Assembly: GCA_007117735.1 (NCBI GenBank)
Contig: SKGA01000028.1
Coordinates: 1 to 49,951 of the forward strand
From: Candidatus Woesearchaeota archaeon
Lineage (GTDB): Archaea; Nanobdellota; Nanobdellia; Woesearchaeales; SKGA01
Direction of reading: 5' to 3'
DNA length: 49,951 bases
Shown: piece after piece, positions 27,901 through 34,434 of the stretch
Position numbering within the stretch: position 1 is the first letter of the stretch
Layout of the letters: each line of letters starts with the position of its first letter
Made by a program: the position numbers and the translations under genes
The notes under the pieces: generated by a model
What the model saw: only the letters and a program-made list of their open reading frames with translations
What the model was told of the DNA's origin: nothing
Database searches by the model: none

Positions 27901-28640
27901 AGAGGGAGATCATATAATAAAGAGTTTTCATCCTGTACAAGAAGAAATGCATCGCTAAAAGAATAAGGTGTTGAACCGTTTCGAACATAGGGTAGATGAA
28001 TACTTAAAGAGTGAAATCCGTCAATAAAATGTTGTGCTATTTCTGCAAAACAAGAACCCGCAGCACAATTTATTTGTCGTTCATAACCGTATGAAGAAAG
28101 TGCTGAAGAAAAGTATTTTGCCGTTGTTGCAGGCTGTATTTTTGATTGTGGAATAGTTTGAGAACTTGTTGGTTGAGAAAGAGGTTGTCGTAAATTTCTT
28201 GTTGCCTGCATATCAACAGTGGATCCCTCTTGAAAAAAGGATAATTGGGAAGGAAAAGTACCAATGGTTTGAAGGTTGTTGAATGTTTTTCGAATAAGTT
28301 CTTCATAGTTTTTTTCAAAAGAGGGAGGATTGTCAGGATACAAAGCCAAGAAAAGATGAGGGGTTGTTTGAAAAGAGGAAGGCGAAACATGGCCTGCTTG
28401 TTGAAGAAGAAGGGTTCTTGCTTCCTGTACAGAAAAACGAAGTGAATGTCTTAGTTCTTGTTCTTGAAGAAAAATATCTTGTGTTGAAGAAAGTAAGGAG
28501 TATTGTTGCGAGCCAATTATTAAACGATCGTCAGAAACAGTAAAGAGATTAAAAGGAGTAAAAACAATATCTACTACAATAATAAAAAAAACCACTGCTA
28601 AGAAAAGCATTCCAAAACCTTTTTTATGTAATCGTTTCAT
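24975..28640 (-). CDS. Pilin-like-anchored multidomain peptidoglycan hydrolase (SLT-like lytic transglycosylase motif plus C-terminal M15/VanY-type D-Ala-D-Ala peptidase; possible papain-like module)
   Basis: The N-terminus MKRLHKKG/FGMLFLAVVFFIIVVDIVF looks like a class III signal. IDPALLTAIAMKESSMG (nt about 26961-27368) matches the SLT catalytic Glu-Ser region. The C-terminal 136 aa (nt 24978-25385) carry QAYRTWEIQNRLY, NPG...HCPHMVSGAIDV and WHFEYG, which are the M15 zinc-ligand motifs. GSCFAEIAQHF, GFDSAGWLWWV, EPGDILIF and LYHGD (nt about 27531-28088) are weakly NlpC/P60- or transglutaminase-like. Confidence 0.75.
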   Translation of the reverse strand: MKRLHKKGFGMLFLAVVFFIIVVDIVFTPFNLFTVSDDRLIIGSQQYSLLSSTQDIFLQEQELRHSLRFSVQEARTLLLQQAGHVSPSSFQTTPHLFLALYPDNPPSFEKNYEELIRKTFNNLQTIGTFPSQLSFFQEGSTVDMQATRNLRQPLSQPTSSQTIPQSKIQPATTAKYFSSALSSYGYERQINCAAGSCFAEIAQHFIDGFHSLSIHLPYVRNGSTPYSFSDAFLLVQDENSLLYDLPLYPVKPGTTRLTEAGFDSAGWLWWVGTHANVSFFQERNTTTVYISRLLDKPAVCRTCNFDQVSMFEPGDILIFNSSLFSSPQLLLYHGDYQFSASLPERGLVQERLQTVWFKEYDITAIRLSYQDQGYDSLDSFFKNAVPQLSTNMIAPSFACSPDQRLSNTYRTRIQNSAFGSQQSLEESFIQSSVERGIDPALLTAIAMKESSMGAASSNQRANELDKSFLTGCGWFPTCSSDLSCDHPAVISDKAQLRCSATTFFNAFTEATTGDSSISQGQYFRCNEYANNPEEMWKCILCIYQGNFDRDLGSSGEFFLKDRTCPYARDIETFYCQARSYYDEIGISIDSSSPIQGSLLSSAIEFLPRMVTHHPMNFSEFASFSEKISLLYRECDDNTASCLTENLPDTFSLPTTSSLALSVAEQYLDCLTNNQDLCVCDIHINHSLVPEIDSSVYGFQLTSRGDIIEGLTNLPESRSLQTSQLLHSTAIDFTRNAPFQNPSSSLLFTIADEKVHFFPNPSERNMFIFDSPSLQILKDGDDLQWLLPDERITDPSLLCRSNKNYFPLHADFSFSEEPFLFSLYLDDRQAPEIKSLSLEQTSCLAQELLYVTWTVDSQTDNPYMFGISFEGNTDSFFFYEQSVTELSLINQLEPTIEQLYVSRGSTEDTYSVLLSSTPDGGFFIPGRSYNLSVHVFDHYLNVESKDISSFLFQEVLEPSFFDEDFSFFQNYFSNSNLCMPSDQIFKGRINFDDESLTFQIANRPESRLQELVLDRLDQPVDFLDQEIFELPSTRVPFPDLTPSFTLVPYILPGGTHLRGDLDNAPLYDIRNIPNIICNEETSSVGRICAVNELMARQLIRMSREYFVPNDIELVILQAYRTWEIQNRLYQNHLRGGGNLACNPGTRSNPRHCPHMVSGAIDVTLRDANTGRTTNTNTWENAFCDYGFVRFTSPSYTSWHFEYGTRRWQLAEQRREGGARVCR

Positions 28641-29188
28641 AAAGTACCTCCTGAAACTAAAGAAAGTAATGTTCGTTGTAAAAAATTAAATCCAGGATAT
28701 TCGAAGCGATAAACAATAAATTTTTGTTGACTTGAAGATGAAGGGATTGGTAGACTAAATCCTTCTTGATAATTTCTACTTCTAGAAGTTCGCAACGGAA
28801 AATATTCCCGAGTACCTTCTATTAAAGCAATTTCAACTTCAGAAACATAAGAATATTCTTTGAAAAGGTTAAGCGATCGTAATAAACGTTCTTGATACGT
28901 TAACATGTTCTCAGTTTCTTCTCTTGTTCTTTCTTCTTTCATTCTTAATGTATAATAGCTAAAGGCGAGGTCTTGGAAATTTTTATCTTCAGAAACAGAC
29001 ATGTCGGGAAGCAAACGCAGTGAAGATTTTGCTAAAAATTCTTGCCTCGCTTCACGTATTTCATTTCTTGCTTGAGATTCTTGAGATTCTATAAAAATAA
29101 AGAAAATGAGAATTGCTAAAAGGAAAAAAACTACTGCAATTATTTTGATATAGATGTTCAGAAAAACAATTCCTTTCTTCATGACCAT
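28637..29188 (-). CDS. Pilin-like (class III signal-like) protein
   Basis: MVMKKG/IVFLNIYIKIIAVVFFLLAILIFFIFI. It overlaps both neighbouring genes. Confidence 0.5.
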   Translation of the reverse strand: MVMKKGIVFLNIYIKIIAVVFFLLAILIFFIFIESQESQARNEIREARQEFLAKSSLRLLPDMSVSEDKNFQDLAFSYYTLRMKEERTREETENMLTYQERLLRSLNLFKEYSYVSEVEIALIEGTREYFPLRTSRSRNYQEGFSLPIPSSSSQQKFIVYRFEYPGFNFLQRTLLSLVSGGTL

Positions 29189-29646
29189 AACCTCATTCTT
29201 GCTGGTAAAAATATCCCTTCATCATAAAGAAGGATTGAAAAGCTCCCATCATGTCTTGCTCTTGAAGGAGTGTGAATCAATAATTCTTTTGTTCTTGAGG
29301 TGGAGGAAGTTAAAGATTGTGGATGATCAATAGACACTTTTGAAAAAGGTACGTCTTGCGCACTTAAACCAAAACAACTAATAAGTTGATCTTCAGTAAA
29401 TAATTGCATATCAACAACACCATACTGTTCAACCCCATCTATTCTGGCTACAAAACAATAATTTGTTAATTGTGAAAATGTCAAATCCATAAACAAGCTT
29501 TCAGGAACTGGACTTCTTGCATCAATGGACACACTCAAACCAATTATCGAAATAAAAAGAATCGCTCCTATGAGAAAGAATAAGAAAATATAGTGAAAGA
29601 CTTCTGCAATGGTTAATCCAGCATCTCCAGAATGATCATCTTCCAT
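29179..29646 (-). CDS. Pilin-like protein with a bacterial-style prepilin motif
   Basis: MEDDHSGDAG/LTIAEVFHYIFLFFLIGAILFISIIGL has G at -1, E at +5 and a hydrophobic helix. Confidence 0.5.
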   Translation of the reverse strand: MEDDHSGDAGLTIAEVFHYIFLFFLIGAILFISIIGLSVSIDARSPVPESLFMDLTFSQLTNYCFVARIDGVEQYGVVDMQLFTEDQLISCFGLSAQDVPFSKVSIDHPQSLTSSTSRTKELLIHTPSRARHDGSFSILLYDEGIFLPARMRLWS

Positions 29647-30515
29647 TATGAATACACCCCATGTAATACCGCTATAATTGAATCAATAAAAGCTCTTTGA
29701 ATTGAAGATTGCTCTAGACGTGAAGATAAGTCTCCTGAAAAAACGATGTTTACTGTTTTTGAAGAAGTAGAAAGTGGTGTTGAAGAAAATAAAACACGAT
29801 CTTCGAGTAGTGCAAAAATTATTTCAAAAGAAGGACGAAGAGATGCAAGACCTTCATGATTAGAAAAAGAAATAACTGTTTCTTCATCAAGACCAAAAGA
29901 GATATCTAAAAATAGAGGTGCTTGAGATGGCTCGACCAATTCAAAACCTTCTTGTCGTAATTGTTGATGAAGCGCAGATTCAAACCTTCGTGAGAAAGGA
30001 GTTTGATCTTGTAATGAAATAGCTACACCTTGTGATTTGAAAAAAGAAAGTTCATTCCCAGGTATTGATCGTAAAGGAGATTGTAGTGTTGAAGAAACAG
30101 TAATGTTTCTGTCTCTTTTAATAAAATGAAATCGTTGTGAAGTAATAGGATTTTGAGGTAAAACAGTATAAAATATATTTGGTTGATAAGGAAATCTAGT
30201 AAGTGAAAACGAAAGATATTCTGAACCGAGAAGGGTCGAAACAATATGATTTTCTGTATCGATTTCCAAAATTCTGTCAGGAAAACTAAGAGGATAAACA
30301 TACGTCACTTCATAAGGAATAGTATTGATTGTTGAAAGAAGCAGCGCACTATCTCGAGTTACATAAACACTTGCAGTAAGATCAGGATTGACAAATTCTT
30401 GTCGAATACCTAAAAGAATAAGAATAAACAACGCTGCAGCTATTAATGAAAAGGCAATTTTTAGCATCAGGGCCGCTGCTTTCTTTCTTAATGGTTTTTG
30501 AAATATCATTTTCAA
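29646..30515 (-). CDS. Pilin-like or signal-anchored surface protein
   Basis: (M)KMIFQKPLRKKAA/ALMLKIAFSLIAAALFILILLGI. The start is either TTG at 30515 (overlapping the upstream stop) or ATG at 30509. Confidence 0.5.
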   Translation of the reverse strand: MKMIFQKPLRKKAAALMLKIAFSLIAAALFILILLGIRQEFVNPDLTASVYVTRDSALLLSTINTIPYEVTYVYPLSFPDRILEIDTENHIVSTLLGSEYLSFSLTRFPYQPNIFYTVLPQNPITSQRFHFIKRDRNITVSSTLQSPLRSIPGNELSFFKSQGVAISLQDQTPFSRRFESALHQQLRQEGFELVEPSQAPLFLDISFGLDEETVISFSNHEGLASLRPSFEIIFALLEDRVLFSSTPLSTSSKTVNIVFSGDLSSRLEQSSIQRAFIDSIIAVLHGVYS

Positions 30516-31729
30516 TTGGGAGTAAAAACCATCGTCCTACCACCAAAAGAAAGACGATGTGGTTGCTCTCGAATAAAAAGAGAATTATCTGTTGCATTTG
30601 TTATCATAATATTAGCTTCAGGAAAAGAAGAAGTTTGTTCAAGACGGAAAGAAATTGATGTGGAAATGCTATCAACACGTGTTGAACCGAGATAAACAGA
30701 AAAAGTTGTTTGAGGTAAAAATCCTGGTTGTACTGGTTCTTCTACAAGCCGAACAGTTGGCGGAGGGATTCCTTCGGGAAAAGAAACGTCTGAGAAATTA
30801 AAAAAACGTTCAAAAAGAACAAGAAGAGTATCTGCTTGGATGTTTTGAGAAGAAAATTCTCTTTCTAAGGAAGATAACAATGATTGAGATCGTGGTTGAA
30901 TAGTTTGTTGAAGAAATTCTTGTCGAATACGCTGATCAAAGATACCATCTTGTAATTCTTTAGCTTGCTGCGGAGTAGTACATGGTTCTTGCACACAAAT
31001 ACTTATAATTTCAGAAGCTTCCTGAAACCGTTGAAATCGTAAAGGGAGACGTTGAGCTTCAAGACTAAAAACTCCTAGAGCAACTCCACCACTCCAATTA
31101 AAATAAGGAGAAGAACTTGGAATGAGTAAAGGATTATACGAACGAGTTTCTGGATCGAGAGATAATAAATTTTGATTCAAGAAAGATGAAAAGCTTCTAT
31201 TTAGATGATGAACTTCTCGATATTCAGTAAATAAAACATTACTAGCTAATTGTTCACAACGAGGTTGTTGGCAAGTAAAACTCTCTTCACCGTCTTTTTG
31301 TAAAGAAAAATGGTTAAATGTTCGTTCATGAGGATCTGTTGAAGTATCAACAATAATAGGATTCAGTGTTGTTTGACAACGACAAACACAGGCAGCATCT
31401 CCACAAAGATCTGGACGTTCTATTTGTATTGCTTTATCTTGCCAAGAAGAAAAGCCATCATATTCAAAACGAATAGGACTTGTTCCCGAAGAAAAGAAAA
31501 AGACATATTCATTCGGTTGAAGAGCGATTGTTCGCGAAGTGAGAACGATCTCATCAGTTATTTCTCTATCTAGAAAACTTTCCAAAACAGTTGCTAAAGA
31601 AGTATGAAGATTTGAGTTTGAAGAAGAAACAGAAAAAGATCGTAAAGCACCTAAAGCAGCAACAGTAATAAGCGCTATTAAGACAAGAGTAACTGTTGTT
31701 GTTAACATTAAAGATGCTTTTCGATTCAT
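30512..31729 (-). CDS. Pilin-like surface protein
   Basis: MNRKAS/LMLTTTVTLVLIALITVAALGAL. The ectodomain contains cysteines. ATGA overlaps on both sides. Confidence 0.55.
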   Translation of the reverse strand: MNRKASLMLTTTVTLVLIALITVAALGALRSFSVSSSNSNLHTSLATVLESFLDREITDEIVLTSRTIALQPNEYVFFFSSGTSPIRFEYDGFSSWQDKAIQIERPDLCGDAACVCRCQTTLNPIIVDTSTDPHERTFNHFSLQKDGEESFTCQQPRCEQLASNVLFTEYREVHHLNRSFSSFLNQNLLSLDPETRSYNPLLIPSSSPYFNWSGGVALGVFSLEAQRLPLRFQRFQEASEIISICVQEPCTTPQQAKELQDGIFDQRIRQEFLQQTIQPRSQSLLSSLEREFSSQNIQADTLLVLFERFFNFSDVSFPEGIPPPTVRLVEEPVQPGFLPQTTFSVYLGSTRVDSISTSISFRLEQTSSFPEANIMITNATDNSLFIREQPHRLSFGGRTMVFTPN

Positions 31730-32433
31730 CTTAACGTACTTCCCTCTCTATTTTGCATTGTTTCACAATGAGCTAAAACCAGAGAGTTACACTCATTAAA
31801 AGGGGTGAGACATTGTAATTGTGGTTCTTCGTTTTCAATAACAAACCATTCATTAAGAAATGTCCGTTCATCGCAACAATCCCAATCTCCTTGTGAGCAT
31901 GTTTCAGGACAGAAAAAGCCAACGGGCAAGTCTTCAAAACGACCGCTTCGAGAAAAAGAGGTTAATTGATCACTAAAAAATATTCCTTGTGCATCGCCAT
32001 CTGATCGTTGTTGTCTCAGATGTCTTTGTAAATTAATAACATCTTGATACGTCATAACTCGAACAGATTGTTTTTCAAGATTAGTTTCTAGAGAGTTTAT
32101 GTTCTCATGGACAACATTGACATCTATAATTCGGTAAAAATCAGGATTATTTGTGCCCCACAAGGATGCTCGAATAACCGGTGAACGAGCAGAAGGTCGA
32201 ATAATTGAAGTGTCAATATTATCTGGATCACAAGGACACTCATCCCGTCCATTAGGAATACCATCGCCATCATAATCATAATTAAGACAAACTTGAAATT
32301 CAAAAAAGGTTGCAGTTGAAGAAAAAGTTTCTGATGTAAAAGACGTAAAAAAAACTAAAATAAGAAGACCAAGCACTATAGCTATAATAATTTTAAAAGA
32401 ACCCGATGCTGCTTTTTTTGAAATGTATTTCAT
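31726..32433 (-). CDS. Pilin-like protein with a thrombospondin type 3-like calcium-binding motif
   Basis: MKYISKKAA/SGSFKIIIAIVLGLLILVFF. DYDGDGIPNGRDECPCDPDN lies at nt 32218-32283. Confidence 0.55.
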   Translation of the reverse strand: MKYISKKAASGSFKIIIAIVLGLLILVFFTSFTSETFSSTATFFEFQVCLNYDYDGDGIPNGRDECPCDPDNIDTSIIRPSARSPVIRASLWGTNNPDFYRIIDVNVVHENINSLETNLEKQSVRVMTYQDVINLQRHLRQQRSDGDAQGIFFSDQLTSFSRSGRFEDLPVGFFCPETCSQGDWDCCDERTFLNEWFVIENEEPQLQCLTPFNECNSLVLAHCETMQNREGSTLR

Positions 32434-33290
32434 GATGATAAACCTCCTTGGTAAAATTGTTGTGAAGTACTTCCCGCGAGATTATTGATAAAAGAAGATG
32501 AAAGGACAGAACCTCGGGTTACTTCATTGTTTTGAACATTAATAGATAAAGAAAAAGGATTTATGTTCGCCCTTCTTCTTTGTTGAGCGATACAAAGTGT
32601 TGGATCGTCTTCAAATTTAGCGAATGCTAACACATTACTTGATGAACGAAGAGAAGTACTAAAAGTTCCTTCTGCCGCCCGATATCGTAGCGTTAAATCT
32701 CTAAGATTTAATTGGAATGTATCAACTGATGATTTACTTAAAACTGAAGAGAGGGAAGCGGCTGATGAAGAAGTAGGTAAACTTGTTGATTGCGCCACAG
32801 CAAAAGTAAACTCTGAAGAAGAAATAATATTTTCATGTAACAAGCAAAGATTAAAAGAACCTAATAATTCTTGACGTTCAGAACCATCTAAAACAGTTCC
32901 TGTGAATGAACGAGTTCCTCTTGCATCAACAGTGAATAAATAAATATGAAGTTCTTCTCCTGATCGTATAAATTCTAAGAACCAGTCTTCTGTTGTTGAA
33001 AGAGATGGTGGTTGGGGAAAAGAGAAAAAACCTTGAGGCTTATTGGGATCAAACAAAAATCGAAGAAGTTGTTCACTATACTCGATATATTCTAGAGGTG
33101 CTAAAGTATTTGAACGTGCAGGTAACGGTTGTTCATTTCTTTGTATAAGTTCAACAAAAGGATCTGAAAAAGAAATAATATAATCGACTTGGGTTACGGT
33201 TGTTGAGAAAGCTCCTTCTGAAAAAGAAAGAAAGAAAAGAGACACAAAAACGACCAAAACTAATCCAAAAATTACTTTCCAAGAGACCAT
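32430..33290 (-). CDS. Signal-anchored surface protein
   Basis: MVSWKVIFGLVLVVFVSLFFLSF followed by an S/T-rich ectodomain. GAGGGAGGGG lies upstream of the ATG. Confidence 0.5.
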   Translation of the reverse strand: MVSWKVIFGLVLVVFVSLFFLSFSEGAFSTTVTQVDYIISFSDPFVELIQRNEQPLPARSNTLAPLEYIEYSEQLLRFLFDPNKPQGFFSFPQPPSLSTTEDWFLEFIRSGEELHIYLFTVDARGTRSFTGTVLDGSERQELLGSFNLCLLHENIISSSEFTFAVAQSTSLPTSSSAASLSSVLSKSSVDTFQLNLRDLTLRYRAAEGTFSTSLRSSSNVLAFAKFEDDPTLCIAQQRRRANINPFSLSINVQNNEVTRGSVLSSSFINNLAGSTSQQFYQGGLSS

Positions 33291-33461
33291 TTAACTTCCC
33301 CTCCCTCTAAAAATGGTGAAAATATTTGAGAAACTATCAACTAAGCCTGAAGAAGAAGAATAAAAAGTATTAATAAGCATAAGAGCAATAGCAACAACAA
33401 TAATAAAAAGAATTGCATAGAGTAACATATTAGTTGATGCTTTTTTATGGAAGTAAAACAC
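33291..33461 (-). CDS. Small pilin-like protein (56 aa from the GTG start)
   Basis: GAGGTG plus a 6-nt spacer precedes the GTG at 33461, giving (M)FYFHKKA/STNMLLYAILFIIVVAIALMLINTF. The track start at 33482 lacks an SD. Confidence 0.45.
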   Translation of the reverse strand: MFYFHKKASTNMLLYAILFIIVVAIALMLINTFYSSSSGLVDSFSNIFTIFRGRGS

Positions 33462-34287
33462 TACATTCACCTCGTTCTTCAAATAAGTCTAATGGTCCGA
33501 ATAATAAACTAGTACGAAGATTATATCCTGAGTCCATATGCGCATTAATAGACCAAAAATGTTCTCGAGAAAAAATATCTCGTGAGAAAAGAATTCGCAG
33601 ACGGTCTTGTTCAAAATCTAATTGTTGACGTAGCCAACCTCCTTCTTCAAAATCACTTATGGCAATAGCATAAGACCTTCCAGGAATAATATATCTATCT
33701 TCCGTATAAATAGATTGAAAAGCAGACTCAACAGATGGAAAAAGGGGAATAAACATTCCTTGTTCTCCTGAAGGAGGGGTCAAAAAATATTCCATATATG
33801 AATAAGGAATATCGTCAATAACAAAAGCAGTTGTTTCCTGTAAATAAGTTAAAAACCGTTCTAAAGAAACCGCGTCAACTCGTGAAGAATCTGCAATATT
33901 AATTACTGCTAAAATACCGCATTTTTCTCCTCTATGTTTAATAAATTGATAGCCTCCTTCTTCATTAAATAAATTAGGTACTGAACCTTCTCGAATAGCG
34001 TACCAAACCCTCTCTGAAGTTTTTGCAGAAACATGTAGAATTTGTTCTTCTGTTGTTATTGATCCTCGTGAAGGAAAATCAATAAACTCCGTAACACACG
34101 TATCTGTAACAAATCGGGTTCGTGAAGAGATTCGTTCATCAACATCTCGAACACCTGTAAGTAATCGACAATAATCTAAGGGCGTTAATCCATCTGAAGA
34201 AGTAAATTGATTAAATAAAAGAAGAATAGCTAAAAAACTAGTAATCCCTACAATAATCGACACGAGAGCTCCTTTTTTATCCAACAA
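33445..34287 (-). CDS. Pilin-like surface protein (about 280 aa from the TTG start)
   Basis: GAGGTG plus a 6-nt spacer precedes the TTG at 34287, giving (M)LDKKG/ALVSIIVGITSFLAILLLF. The track start at 34371 is also TTG but has no SD and adds an odd extra hydrophobic stretch. Confidence 0.5.
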   Translation of the reverse strand: MLDKKGALVSIIVGITSFLAILLLFNQFTSSDGLTPLDYCRLLTGVRDVDERISSRTRFVTDTCVTEFIDFPSRGSITTEEQILHVSAKTSERVWYAIREGSVPNLFNEEGGYQFIKHRGEKCGILAVINIADSSRVDAVSLERFLTYLQETTAFVIDDIPYSYMEYFLTPPSGEQGMFIPLFPSVESAFQSIYTEDRYIIPGRSYAIAISDFEEGGWLRQQLDFEQDRLRILFSRDIFSREHFWSINAHMDSGYNLRTSLLFGPLDLFEERGECSVLLP

Positions 34288-34399
34288 GAGAAACACCTCT
34301 AAATCTTGATACGAAAAAAAGAAAAGCAAGAAAAAGTAGAACAAAGAGACAAATAATGATAATAAGTTCAAAGCTCATACCTTTTTTCCAGAACACCAT
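34277..34399 (-). CDS. Candidate mini-pilin (40 aa), alternative frame to the 5' extension of the previous gene
   Basis: ATG at 34399 gives MVFWKKG/MSFELIIIICLFVLLFLAFLFFVSRFRGVSLVG*. The stop overlaps the TTG start region of the next gene. No clear SD, so this is tentative. Confidence 0.3.
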   Translation of the reverse strand: MVFWKKGMSFELIIIICLFVLLFLAFLFFVSRFRGVSLVG

Positions 34400-34434
34400 A
34401 CTAGAAAAGGAGGTTTTAATGTTTTTAAATATTG

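Noticed and set aside
27531-28088. Confident NlpC/P60 endopeptidase call in the 1221-aa protein
   Set aside because: The DCSG-like position reads DSAG, so there is no Cys there. The alternative GSCFAE Cys is only loosely transglutaminase-like. I keep it as a weak possibility, not a feature.
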